Virus record (IMG/VR): IMGVR_UViG_3300025267_000065
Location: 1 to 32,538 of that record
Origin: a virus
Lineage: Duplodnaviria > Caudoviricetes
Strand: one strand, 5' to 3'
DNA length: 32,538 nucleotides
The translations under genes and the position numbers were made by a program. Positions 9,632 to 18,447 of the stretch are shown piece by piece (the stretch's first letter is position 1; each line of letters opens with the position of its first letter). The notes below the pieces were generated by a model. It did no database searches and was not told the origin of the DNA. It saw nothing but the letters and a program-made list of their open reading frames with translations.

Positions 9632-9927
9632 CGATTACGGAAGCAGCACAACAAAAGGTAGACCAGACCCTAAATGGCGAAGGCTTCTTAGGCGTACACT
9701 TAGAAGGTGGGGGTTGCTCTGGTTATCAAATAAAGTTAAACCCGTCAACAGATATACCTTCAGACGCAAAGATGTTGTCGGAGACAATCTTCTCCGATGC
9801 CACCTCTTTGGAGTTATTAGGTGACGCAGTAATGGACTGGGACAACGATCCTTTCAGGCCATCGTTTCATTTCACACCACCTACAGGAGCCTCATCTTGT
9901 GGGTGCGGATCATCATTTACTTTATAG
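9628..9927 (+). CDS. iscA: A-type Fe-S cluster carrier (IscA/SufA/ErpA, HesB family)
   Basis: TITEAA start, GGGCSGY and C-terminal SSCGCGSSF, with all three conserved Cys. Confidence 0.9.
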   Translation: MTITEAAQQKVDQTLNGEGFLGVHLEGGGCSGYQIKLNPSTDIPSDAKMLSETIFSDATSLELLGDAVMDWDNDPFRPSFHFTPPTGASSCGCGSSFTL

Positions 9928-9935
9928 GAGACATC

Positions 9936-10034
9936 ATGGACAAATGGAAAGAATTAAGTGCTGGAAAGAAAAGATTATGGGTGGCAGTTGGTATTATCGT
10001 ATTGGTTGCTATTGTGCATCAGGTATTCTTCTAG
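9936..10034 (+). CDS. 32-aa single-TM peptide MDKWKELSAGKKRLWVAVGIIVLVAIVHQVFF (not in ORF track)
   Basis: AGGAG SD at 9926-9930; basic N-terminus followed by one hydrophobic helix. Confidence 0.65.
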   Translation: MDKWKELSAGKKRLWVAVGIIVLVAIVHQVFF

Positions 10035-10366
10035 TAGGATGCACGACAATAAAGAAAGCCGGGATTACCTCGATAGCAGCGGGGGGCGGTGCACTTGCGG
10101 GGAGTGTATTGAGTGGGGGTGCAGTTGCGCCGATACTGGGAGCCACGACGACTGCCTTTGTGGCAGATGTGGTGACGGAAGTAGCGATAAAAGACAAATC
10201 GAAGGTAACAACTATGACTGAATGCGCTCCAGATAACTTCTGGTCTTTATTAGGTTCTTTAGTGGAGATGGGTGGATGGTTACTAATCTTAATCTTTGTA
10301 GTACCAATGATCTTGGGGTGGATTCTTCCCGGGCCATTGGAAAAGAAAAAGAAAAAACGCTCGTAG
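9977..10366 (+). CDS. Lipoprotein with glycine zipper and C-terminal TM segment; unimolecular spanin candidate (start uncertain: 9944 or 9977)
   Basis: Lipobox LLVG-C, Gly/Ala zipper, then WLLILIFVVPMILGWIL and a poly-Lys tail. Confidence 0.55.
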   Translation: MGGSWYYRIGCYCASGILLVGCTTIKKAGITSIAAGGGALAGSVLSGGAVAPILGATTTAFVADVVTEVAIKDKSKVTTMTECAPDNFWSLLGSLVEMGGWLLILIFVVPMILGWILPGPLEKKKKKRS

Positions 10367-10602
10367 TAATAAAATGGAGAGATGTTCTCTCCGATGATAG
10401 TTGGACACGGGCCAAAGATGTCGAGTGTCCGACACTATACTCTGTTGGGTGGTTTGTATCGGATGATGGGGATACTGTAAAAATAGCCTCAACCCTCGAC
10501 CCCGATGATTTCTCAGACGAGGCCAAGGATGAGACTAAGCCGATACCTTATAGTATCACAGCCTTTCCCAAGGGCTGCGTAGTGGAGGTTACTTACGTTT
10601 AA
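10276..10602 (+). CDS. Conserved phage hypothetical protein (start may be GTG 10318)
   Basis: Pattern V.I.W.D....SW...SVGW...D....IA.......FP..CV; last gene of the + arm, with its stop overlapping the convergent gene. Confidence 0.6.
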   Translation: MVTNLNLCSTNDLGVDSSRAIGKEKEKTLVVIKWRDVLSDDSWTRAKDVECPTLYSVGWFVSDDGDTVKIASTLDPDDFSDEAKDETKPIPYSITAFPKGCVVEVTYV

Positions 10603-11341
10603 GAAGATTTCTTTGTGTTATAGCACGTATACTATTGTAGTAGCCTTCGCCATCTAGCCCTTCAAGTATGGTTATTCCTCTCCACCATTGATACTCTGTA
10701 TCTTGGCACCACGTTTCGGTGTACTCAGGGTGAGAGAAACATCCTACTGATAGACCAAATATCTTTTGTCCGTCAGGCCTAGTTTGTTCGGAGTGATTGT
10801 AAAGATGTGAGTGTCCTTGTACAGCAGAGCAATGTAGTTTTGTAATCATAGCGTGTCCAATATGCGTGGAACTTATTGGCCTACCTGCTACCCCTGATGT
10901 AAAGTAATGACTGAATGTTATGCCTTTTATTGTAACACATTTCTTAAAGGGTGTCACCTTCCAGCCGTGTGCTTCGTACTCCAAGTCGAACATACCGATA
11001 GCATCTTCTAATTCTGGCGATGCATTTATAGCCCTAGTAATTCTATCTTCATGATTACCTAAAGTCATGTGTAGTTTAGGATTGTACCCACGCGCTTTAG
11101 CGATAGGTGTTAGTAGTTTATCCTGTGCGTCCAGTACAGCACTGATATCCTTCTTGTACCTCCTACCTTCAAAGCCCTTCGTTCCTCTGTCGTAAGAGGA
11201 CAGGCTTGGCATATCTGCCATATCCCCAATACATACTATTACCTCTGGCCTTTCCTTTGCGATAAACTTTCCTAGTGCAGTGAATCTACTGTTATCGTAG
11301 TCAGGGTGGGCGTGAGGATCGCCAATAACCAACAAGTCCAT
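10589..11341 (-). CDS. Calcineurin-like metallophosphoesterase
   Basis: Motifs GDPH, GDMAD, GNHE, SH and GHSH. Confidence 0.9.
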   Translation of the reverse strand: MDLLVIGDPHAHPDYDNSRFTALGKFIAKERPEVIVCIGDMADMPSLSSYDRGTKGFEGRRYKKDISAVLDAQDKLLTPIAKARGYNPKLHMTLGNHEDRITRAINASPELEDAIGMFDLEYEAHGWKVTPFKKCVTIKGITFSHYFTSGVAGRPISSTHIGHAMITKLHCSAVQGHSHLYNHSEQTRPDGQKIFGLSVGCFSHPEYTETWCQDTEYQWWRGITILEGLDGEGYYNSIRAITQRNLLKRK

Positions 11342-11350
11342 AGTAATCTC

Positions 11351-12178
11351 CTATTTGTCTGGCCCTCTTAATTCCGGGCTGTATTTATAGTTCATGACTC
11401 TTACGCCATGCCAATGATGGAGTTGTTTAGCAGCAAGGAAAGCATCCCAATGTGCGTTGGGGTTTACTGCTTTCTCTTGGAACTCCCCACTCTTCTTATC
11501 GAACCTTAGTATATAGCATACATCTACTGGCTCCCCATAGATATCCTCTATTGCTTTAGCGTAGGCTGAGACTTGTAAGTAGTAGTCCTTGCGTATAGCA
11601 TTAGAAGTCTTGAAGTCCATTACACATAAATTACCACCAATCCTTCCGACTGCATCAACTGTACCCGCATACTTATGCTCTCTATGGTATATCTTTTCTT
11701 CAGTTGATACCCATTCTATCTTTGTTTCTTTGACCCACTCTCTGAAAGCATTAATAGAATTGGCTACATCTGATGGCTCAGTTATTATTTCAGGCTGTTC
11801 TCCTCTTCCTAGTTTCCATAGGATAGCACGTTCGCACCAATCGTGTACAATATGCCCTGTTTGTTTAGCCTCTTCGCTAATGACCTTGTGGGCAGTCTTG
11901 ATCCCTTCAGCGATATGATCTACAACTTTAGCGGGTAGCATAAACGTACCTGCTTCTTCTGTAGGTGCTAATCTATGAGGCTCTAAGGATGCTCGAAAGA
12001 AGTTAGCACCTTCTATAGCAGCCCATTCTACTAGACCGTACTTAGGAGTAACCTTCCCTACTATCTTAGTAACGGAAGGGACTTTAATCCTTGCGTTACC
12101 ATCTCCTGCTTTATAAGTGTGGTTACTAGCGTCATAGTCTAGGCTAATAGTTTCGCCATCTTTGTAGGTAATTTCCAT
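11351..12178 (-). CDS. PD-(D/E)XK exonuclease
   Basis: PSVT...G..VH...E...YAGTVDA...DFKTS...LQVSAY. Confidence 0.88.
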   Translation of the reverse strand: MEITYKDGETISLDYDASNHTYKAGDGNARIKVPSVTKIVGKVTPKYGLVEWAAIEGANFFRASLEPHRLAPTEEAGTFMLPAKVVDHIAEGIKTAHKVISEEAKQTGHIVHDWCERAILWKLGRGEQPEIITEPSDVANSINAFREWVKETKIEWVSTEEKIYHREHKYAGTVDAVGRIGGNLCVMDFKTSNAIRKDYYLQVSAYAKAIEDIYGEPVDVCYILRFDKKSGEFQEKAVNPNAHWDAFLAAKQLHHWHGVRVMNYKYSPELRGPDK

Positions 12179-12483
12179 TAGAACGGTATGTCATCCTTTT
12201 CTACGGGTGGTGGTGCGGGTCTATCGAACCGTTGGCTATAAGATTCCCCATCTTTCTTCCATACTTCTTGTACGTTTAAACTCTGGCATTCTTTTACTTC
12301 TCTACCATCCTTGTTAGTGTACTCTTTATTATACCACATAGAAATTTCTAGGGTATCCCCAGGTTTTACGTTCTCTGGTATGCGTACCTTCCCCTTCCAT
12401 TGAGGATGCCTTTCTGTGGTAGCATAATCATTACGCCACATCTTTCCTTTGCCGGGTTCAAAAGTGTACTGTCCATTTTCCAT
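12178..12483 (-). CDS. SSB-like protein (DUF736-type) with acidic DDIPF tail
   Basis: G.MW.N......P.WKG.V...ISMW pattern and C-terminal DDIPF, as in bacterial SSB. Start at ATG 12483 has a GGAG SD. Confidence 0.75.
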   Translation of the reverse strand: MENGQYTFEPGKGKMWRNDYATTERHPQWKGKVRIPENVKPGDTLEISMWYNKEYTNKDGREVKECQSLNVQEVWKKDGESYSQRFDRPAPPPVEKDDIPF

Positions 12484-12547
12484 CTTACTCTCCCATTTGT
12501 TTAAGGTTTGTTCCCATTCATCGGGCTTTGGTTTATGGTAAATCCAA

Positions 12548-12862
12548 TCATCGTCTTTGGTTGGCACTCAAGGTTCTCCATATATCAACTTCTCGATTCC
12601 AAGATGCACGTTTAGCATCAAGAACATTGAACTCAACAACAGCCTCATTCAGTTTATCCATATACTCTATGTACTCTACTGAACTATACGCAACAGATTC
12701 CTTTTCAGCCACAGTGCCTTGTGCTTTGAGCAGGTGCTTTGCTTTAATAATTTTAGCGTAATGTGGTGCCATAGCCACGTACCCCTGTAACCTACCGTAC
12801 TCTTGGTCAGTTTCGGATAAAGCGTTGTGCGCTGCTTCGGCTGCTTCAGTATTATCTATCAT
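12548..12862 (-). CDS. Helical conserved phage protein, possibly a UvsY-like recombination mediator
   Basis: TVAEKES.AY.S..Y and C-terminal WRT..AN.R; lies in the recombination cluster. Confidence 0.5.
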   Translation of the reverse strand: MIDNTEAAEAAHNALSETDQEYGRLQGYVAMAPHYAKIIKAKHLLKAQGTVAEKESVAYSSVEYIEYMDKLNEAVVEFNVLDAKRASWNREVDIWRTLSANQRR

Positions 12863-13188
12863 CTCCAGTTATCTCCACGGTGATTGAACAGTAGTATACC
12901 ATGATGGAATGCTTTTTTCAAGGTAGTGAATATATAATCTGGTTGGAACTCTACCAATCCATCCTCGAAAGCGTGTAACATTCTATGGTGTTCGTAACAT
13001 AAAGGCATGGTAAGGTAATCGTTAGCCTTTTGACTCCCTCCACCACAATGTGGCGACCATCTATGCTTTAAGTGATGAGCCACCACAGTCTCATTATGCT
13101 CCTTACATATAGAACAAGGCAACGTGCCAACCCAATCAGTGTACCCCTTTTCTTTCCATCTGACATACTTTGTCAGGTCATGGTTCAT
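12859..13188 (-). CDS. Zn-binding HNH-like protein (DUF968/Ref-like)
   Basis: LPCSIC...AHH...D..TMPLC..HH...H. Confidence 0.75.
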   Translation of the reverse strand: MNHDLTKYVRWKEKGYTDWVGTLPCSICKEHNETVVAHHLKHRWSPHCGGGSQKANDYLTMPLCYEHHRMLHAFEDGLVEFQPDYIFTTLKKAFHHGILLFNHRGDNWR

Positions 13189-15038
13189 AGTTCACATTCT
13201 CCTGCTGTGCAAGCAACCTCCTGACTCGCAGTTGTATTGTCTGTCTCTTCTATAATGGATGACCAATCAATACTTTTTGGCATCCTCGCCATCATTTGTT
13301 TGTAAGTCTTTTCATCTATATCCTCGTAAGGTGCTTGTTCATATACATGGCCTTCATCAGCAGAAGGCAGAAACGATATGCCATTAACCATATCCCAGTT
13401 TTCCCATATCCATGAACCAACGAAAGGCCACTGATCCTCTGGCATATAGCAGGTCATGGATGGTTTGTGTTCACACCAGTGCTTGGCTAGTAATGACCAC
13501 ATCTGTAACTGCATCTCAGGATCAATATCGTGCCTAGTGAATGCTCTTGGTGGTGACCGCATAGGAAACGAGAACACGTACGCCTCGCTGTTTAGTTTAT
13601 CTACCTCGTAAGGTACACCTGCCTCAATCATTATCTTTGCTAATGGGTCTTTAGTGTCATTACGAACCCTCCTTATATACCAAAATGAGTGTCTTGGATG
13701 ACAGCCTGAACTTGAATTAACTAACTGACTCACCGTTCCAGACGGTTTAATACAAGTAATGGCAGTAGAAGGATTGACACCAAGTTTCTTTGACCACTTT
13801 TTATTCACTTCTATTGCATGATTTCGCAACTTTTCTACTTCTAGTGCAGGAAATTTGTGTGTGAACCACGGACAATCCCACACTCCAGTGATGGATACTC
13901 CTAATAATCTCTCTTCTTCGCAATTCTTTCGCCATATTTTCCGCAGGAATTTGAAATCTGTTAGACAGGACTGTATCGTACCTAGTATCGTAGCAGCCTC
14001 CACCTTCTTCCTAAGTGACTCGTAGTTATCATCTGGTCTGGCGACTAACTCAGTAAGATTGCAAAATTCTGCACTGCGAAGTACGATTTCGCTGCATGGA
14101 TTTGTGCCGAACTCATGGTCTGTATCCCTACGTTCCGGAGCCATATCTTTACAGGCTTGACGATTGAATATACCTCTCTCGCCTGACCTTGATTCATAGA
14201 TTGAATTCCATTCACGCATGAACGCACCGACATCAGGCTTCTCAGTGTAGCAGATGCTATTGTTTGCTAGGCTACGCTGTGGGTTCTCCACGTACCAGTT
14301 ACCCATCTTAGCGTGACGCATACGTTCATCGCTATGATTAGATAGATTTATCATGGCAGTCCTACGAACACCACCAACTACTACGCACTCACCAATATAG
14401 CACATCACGTCATGCAGTTCTATAGAGTTTAACTTCCTGCCCGCTGCACCTTTGAAGACAGTAGTTATGTTGGAGAGAGTGAGGGAAAACGGTTCCGGTC
14501 CTGACGCACGGCCTCCAAAAGTTTTAAGCGGAGAACCTGCCGGACGGACACGGGAGACATCTACCTTGGGTATCTTCCCACTGTACAGGAGCCTTACATA
14601 CTCATCGAGGGCTGTTGCCCACCCTAGTTTAGAGTCTCGCACCACTACAGTAGTGTCGCTATCGTGGAACTCTTCGGCTACTTCAGGCAACTTGGCTATG
14701 TGCTGTCTCTCTACAGAGAACCCAAGCCCTGTCCCGTTCATCTGGATATACAAAGACTCCCCGAATACCCTGATGTGATCGACTGCTACGTAGGCACAGT
14801 TATAAGCGCATACATTCTCACGATCAAGAGCAGCCCCTGCTGTCATCAGGCTTCTCATAGATGGCATCACTGCCTTTTTCTTAACCATCTCACGTATTTC
14901 AGGTATAGAGATGTCAAACTTATTCTCCATATAGTCAAAATACCTGTCTACTGTTTCTTCCCAAGTCTCCCTGCGTTTCTCTTTAGGTAGATACTTAGCG
15001 TACCTAGAGATAGCAATGTAATCTTCGTATAAACTCAT
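13185..15038 (-). CDS. nrdJ: Class II (adenosylcobalamin-dependent) monomeric-type ribonucleotide reductase
   Basis: PSMR...YNC, G.G.GFS, GGVRRTA, TNPCSEI, FCNLTE, KPSGT and C-terminal redox pair ACTAGEC. No beta-subunit gene nearby. Confidence 0.93.
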   Translation of the reverse strand: MSLYEDYIAISRYAKYLPKEKRRETWEETVDRYFDYMENKFDISIPEIREMVKKKAVMPSMRSLMTAGAALDRENVCAYNCAYVAVDHIRVFGESLYIQMNGTGLGFSVERQHIAKLPEVAEEFHDSDTTVVVRDSKLGWATALDEYVRLLYSGKIPKVDVSRVRPAGSPLKTFGGRASGPEPFSLTLSNITTVFKGAAGRKLNSIELHDVMCYIGECVVVGGVRRTAMINLSNHSDERMRHAKMGNWYVENPQRSLANNSICYTEKPDVGAFMREWNSIYESRSGERGIFNRQACKDMAPERRDTDHEFGTNPCSEIVLRSAEFCNLTELVARPDDNYESLRKKVEAATILGTIQSCLTDFKFLRKIWRKNCEEERLLGVSITGVWDCPWFTHKFPALEVEKLRNHAIEVNKKWSKKLGVNPSTAITCIKPSGTVSQLVNSSSGCHPRHSFWYIRRVRNDTKDPLAKIMIEAGVPYEVDKLNSEAYVFSFPMRSPPRAFTRHDIDPEMQLQMWSLLAKHWCEHKPSMTCYMPEDQWPFVGSWIWENWDMVNGISFLPSADEGHVYEQAPYEDIDEKTYKQMMARMPKSIDWSSIIEETDNTTASQEVACTAGECEL

Positions 15039-15442
15039 TAACCCTTCCTTTGTTTGAAGTCGTCAGCCTCATCTTCACCGTAAACACCATGTTTGTATGC
15101 ACCACAAATCTTCAGTACAGCCCTAGCAAGCGCACGTTTCTCAGCCATCTCAGCCATGTAGTTATTCTTGCTATTCTTTTCTAGCCATGCACTCCCGTAC
15201 GTTTCAATGCTGCCATTCCAGTTATCTTTAGACGCAGTAGCCTTAACTACAGCAAAGTCCCGGTCAGTCACGACAGCATCGAACTTTACTTGTATGTCAT
15301 TGTTGTACTGTATCTTTTCAATACCAGTACGTTTGATGATCCAAGTAGAACGACTACCGAACTTCAATTCAAACAGGTCTTCTTCAGTAACAAGACCATT
15401 ATCTTGTACTAACTCATTCAGAAACTCTCTACGAGTCGCCAT
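15038..15442 (-). CDS. Probable single-strand annealing protein (Sak/Rad52-ERF-like)
   Basis: VVKA.A...ETYGSA......Y..EMAEKRALARAVLK......YGEDEAD; clustered with the exonuclease and SSB. Confidence 0.65.
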   Translation of the reverse strand: MATRREFLNELVQDNGLVTEEDLFELKFGSRSTWIIKRTGIEKIQYNNDIQVKFDAVVTDRDFAVVKATASKDNWNGSIETYGSAWLEKNSKNNYMAEMAEKRALARAVLKICGAYKHGVYGEDEADDFKQRKG

Positions 15443-15451
15443 TCAATTCTC

Positions 15452-15793
15452 CTATAGTTTTAAATAAGAACAACGATTGATAAAATGATAAGCATCCACA
15501 ACTGCAAGTGGTTTAGACTTATTACGCTTTATAATTAACAAAGGTTCGTGATTACCTGCATTAGTTTCTGCTTGTTCATAGGCTTTCCAGATACTAATCC
15601 GTTCTTGGTTTTTACATTCAACAGAGTAAGGAAATACACTCCTTGCGTGAGGGGACAACATGATATCTTCTCCTGATGCCCCCATAGAACGAGATTGTAC
15701 ATCATCCTGACGTAAATTGCAAGCATCTCGTATCATATCACGTACCCATTGCTGTAACTTACGACCTTTAGATTTAGCGGATTGAGTCTTCAT
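15452..15793 (-). CDS. Holliday junction resolvase-like PD-(D/E)XK endonuclease
   Basis: KSKGR.LQ...SMGASGEDI...SVECKNQE...AY.QA...PLLIIKRN. Confidence 0.82.
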   Translation of the reverse strand: MKTQSAKSKGRKLQQWVRDMIRDACNLRQDDVQSRSMGASGEDIMLSPHARSVFPYSVECKNQERISIWKAYEQAETNAGNHEPLLIIKRNKSKPLAVVDAYHFINRCSYLKL

Positions 15794-16035
15794 TTCCCTC
15801 CCTTAAAGATTCGAGACTTATGCGCCTCAGTCTTGCATCTTTCCTGCCAGTCAGGTACTGCTTCCCCATCCTTTTTCCATAGCCCTCGTTTCATCAGATT
15901 ATCCTTAAATAATTTCTTAAAGGGTATACGTTTGCCATCAATGCTTTGGGTGCTGTACCTCTCAGCCCAACAGTGATCGCATAGCATATGCGGATGGTAA
16001 TGAGTAGCGGGTTTACTACAGTCAGAGCAATGCAT
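15790..16035 (-). CDS. Small Zn-finger protein
   Basis: CSDC...CDHC; overlaps both neighbours. Confidence 0.6.
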   Translation of the reverse strand: MHCSDCSKPATHYHPHMLCDHCWAERYSTQSIDGKRIPFKKLFKDNLMKRGLWKKDGEAVPDWQERCKTEAHKSRIFKGGK

Positions 16036-16507
16036 CTAGTATAGCCTTCTTTTCCGCTGCCATTTTAGTCCTCCATTCCTCCATGGTTTCTTTACCTTTA
16101 TACTCAGATATATCGAAGATTGGTCTATCAGTTGTGGGTGGTGCTTTATTAGGTTTCCAGTAATGATTCACGGTTTTCCCCATTCGTTGAGTTAATATAG
16201 CCTTAGATACTGACGCATATCCTAATCCACCAGTATAGATGATACGCTGCTCATCATGGTAGGCTACATGTGGGCCTTTATACTTTTGTAACTTAAAGTA
16301 TACCTCGAATACTCTCTTTTTAGCCTTTAACTTCTGCCTAAGAGTAACATTCTGTAACTCGTTTATCCTGTCAACAGTCTCTAAACACTCTTCCATATAG
16401 TGATCTACATAGAAACCACCTTTATGTTTAACGTCATATGGTATTCTATCTAGTATCTTTTCTATATCATTTACTATTCTATTTAATTGTGGTCTTGGGT
16501 TTGTCAT
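16022..16507 (-). CDS. Hypothetical protein, first gene of the middle operon (probably leaderless)
   Basis: 161-aa ORF directly below a consensus sigma70 promoter; no SD. Confidence 0.65.
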   Translation of the reverse strand: MTNPRPQLNRIVNDIEKILDRIPYDVKHKGGFYVDHYMEECLETVDRINELQNVTLRQKLKAKKRVFEVYFKLQKYKGPHVAYHDEQRIIYTGGLGYASVSKAILTQRMGKTVNHYWKPNKAPPTTDRPIFDISEYKGKETMEEWRTKMAAEKKAILDALL

Positions 16508-16514
16508 AGATAGT

Positions 16515-16543
16515 ATTATATACTATATAACCCTTATAGTCAA
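16515..16543 (-). promoter_or_regulatory. Sigma70-type promoter TTGACT-N17-TATAAT
   Basis: -35 at 16543-16538, 17-bp spacer, perfect -10 at 16520-16515; the ATG follows after 7 nt. Confidence 0.85.
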
Positions 16544-16584
16544 GCAATATATGCTAATATATTTATTGGCTAGGAGTCCTTTAA

Positions 16585-16597
16585 AATCAAACACTTA
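16585..16597 (+). promoter_or_regulatory. IHF consensus site AATCAAACACTTA
   Basis: Exact match to WATCAANNNNTTR in an intergenic gap about 40 bp upstream of the promoter -35. Confidence 0.5.
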
Positions 16598-16625
16598 TTT
16601 CTAAACTGTATATAGGTAGAGGGAT

Positions 16626-16799
16626 ATGTTTTTTATGCAAGAAGATCGTCAGACACGTAAGTTAAAACGTGCTAAACGTAGAAACTGGGTAGCCAAGCAT
16701 AATACACACAGGGCAAGAACACATCAAACCCTTAAAGACTATGCTCGACCACCCAAATACCGTATTACTGATGTGGATTTAAGTGAGGGGCGGTCTTAA
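16626..16799 (+). CDS. 57-aa basic protein MFFMQEDRQTRKLKRAKRRNWVAKHNTHRARTHQTLKDYARPPKY... (not in ORF track)
   Basis: AGAGGG SD; RNxVAKH...H....Y.R..K motif of small basic phage proteins; fills an otherwise empty gap. Confidence 0.65.
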   Translation: MFFMQEDRQTRKLKRAKRRNWVAKHNTHRARTHQTLKDYARPPKYRITDVDLSEGRS

Positions 16800-17081
16800 A
16801 TGATCGCGGGGATCAAGGTCGTCTCCTACCTTTAAAGCCCACACTATAGCCTGACGATTTGACCTTGTAGGACGTTTCTCACCTGTATCTTCGATGTCGC
16901 CATCCAAGACACCTTTGCGTATTTGAGCAGACATACTCTGATGTTTAGCATCTAACAAGACTTCCAACTCATCACAAGTATAATTCTCATCCACAAGTGA
17001 CTCTAAAAGCCGATTATGTAGGCTATTACAACCACGACCAACACTTTCATACGCTTCTCTACTGGTTCGCTGTATTAGCAT
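16779..17081 (-). CDS. Winged-helix DNA-binding protein
   Basis: Start re-called to ATG 17081 (GGAGA SD). TSREAY...TCDELE..L...HQS.SA.I....G.I.DTG..R.TRS.R.AIVW. Confidence 0.75.
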   Translation of the reverse strand: MLIQRTSREAYESVGRGCNSLHNRLLESLVDENYTCDELEVLLDAKHQSMSAQIRKGVLDGDIEDTGEKRPTRSNRQAIVWALKVGDDLDPRDHLRPPLT

Positions 17082-17937
17082 TTGTTTCTCCCATAAGATA
17101 TTGTGCTGCTTTTGCTGCTTCGGCTGACGCTTTAAAGATATACTTTGTATCACTTTTAAGTCGTTCAAGCCACGTTTCGATATAACTTTGATGCTGTAAC
17201 TTCTCCAATGGCATACCAATTGAACCACATACCATTGCAGCACCTAATTCTGCTATCAGTTCTTCATAGGCATAATTCTCCTTCGACCTTTCAAGTCGAC
17301 ACTTGCGGTTTAACCGATGCTTTGCACCAGTAGCGTGACATCCTTCGTGTGCTTTTGTGGCCTCACGTTGGAATTCATTTTCAAAAGCATCATCATTGGG
17401 GATACATATTGCATCTCGACTAGGCATATAGAATGCCTGATTCCCTCCGACATGGACTCCGCCCTTCAAGCCAAGATTATTTAGCATCTTTTCTATCTCA
17501 GTTTGAGCATTAAAGTCGGTCTTCTCAATCTTTGAAGGTGGCAATGTTGGAATCTGATCTCTATTCCACACCGTGTATGATCTCATTAAAGGATACTTTT
17601 CAGTTTCACCCTTATCGTTCTCTTTAAACATATCCTTATAGAAGATTATGTTAGTTCCATTCTTCATCTCTTCGTAAGGAATAGGTTTATCAAGTTTAGT
17701 TAATTCTATTGCTTGATTTTTAGTAAACCATTCATCTGTATCGAAAGGGTTAAATAGGTTTAAAATCAACCAGTTAATACCAGAGTATGGTCTTTTAGTC
17801 TTACCGTTTCTAGGCATTAAAGCCAAAGGCGTAGATGAGCCATCATTATTCCATGGTTTAGTCCATGGTGGATTGCCTTCTTCAAGACTGGCAATGACTT
17901 GGTTAGTTACTGTCTCTCTGATTTGTTGAATCTTCAT
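17059..17937 (-). CDS. ardC: ArdC-like ssDNA-binding protein (DUF1738 plus zincin-like domain)
   Basis: PPW.KPW...P.N...RPYSGIN..L N-domain; AFY.P..D.I..P...F...AHEGCHATG..RL.R...YAYEELIAELGAA C-domain. Confidence 0.88.
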   Translation of the reverse strand: MKIQQIRETVTNQVIASLEEGNPPWTKPWNNDGSSTPLALMPRNGKTKRPYSGINWLILNLFNPFDTDEWFTKNQAIELTKLDKPIPYEEMKNGTNIIFYKDMFKENDKGETEKYPLMRSYTVWNRDQIPTLPPSKIEKTDFNAQTEIEKMLNNLGLKGGVHVGGNQAFYMPSRDAICIPNDDAFENEFQREATKAHEGCHATGAKHRLNRKCRLERSKENYAYEELIAELGAAMVCGSIGMPLEKLQHQSYIETWLERLKSDTKYIFKASAEAAKAAQYLMGETNANTANQ

Positions 17938-18253
17938 ATTTTACCTCTGTTTTTGACATAATTTGATCTACTACTTTACATTTGAGGTCTACAGTTTCAA
18001 TTATTGGCTTACCAATAGTCATTTGCCATGATATTAATGCCATTTGTACTCGTTCAGCATCTATATCTTCGTCATCAAATCCTTTATATTCAGAAGGATT
18101 GATATTTTTAGACTTAACCCAATCTTGTGCTGTCTTATCACCTTTAGAAGCACCGTCTAATTCTTGCATATAAAAACTATGCCTTGACTTAGGATTTATT
18201 AACACATTATAAAATCTTTCTACAAAGATATCTGATACTTTATCAGCATTCAT
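17903..18253 (-). CDS. Hypothetical protein
   Basis: 116 aa, ATGA coupling, GAGGA SD. Confidence 0.7.
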   Translation of the reverse strand: MNADKVSDIFVERFYNVLINPKSRHSFYMQELDGASKGDKTAQDWVKSKNINPSEYKGFDDEDIDAERVQMALISWQMTIGKPIIETVDLKCKVVDQIMSKTEVKYEDSTNQRDSN

Positions 18254-18447
18254 TCGGATTGCTCCTCTATTGAATCTTCAAGTCGTTTATCTCTTTGCAG
18301 GTATCTCATTATACCTAACAAACTTACGGGTTGAAATTGATCCTCAAAGTAGATAGGCTTCTTAAAGGGTGGAATATAATCTGGATGCTCCAGACAAGGT
18401 TCAAGTCCATGTGCTGCTGGACTATTCATCATGATTTTCTTAGTCAA
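18250..18447 (-). CDS. Hypothetical protein
   Basis: Overlaps both neighbours in the early operon; TTG start with GGAG SD. Confidence 0.55.
   Translation of the reverse strand: MTKKIMMNSPAAHGLEPCLEHPDYIPPFKKPIYFEDQFQPVSLLGIMRYLQRDKRLEDSIEEQSE

Noticed and set aside
17082-17243. N-terminal extension of the 154-aa ORF
   Set aside because: Overlaps ardC; ATG 17081 has the SD and begins the recognisable domain.
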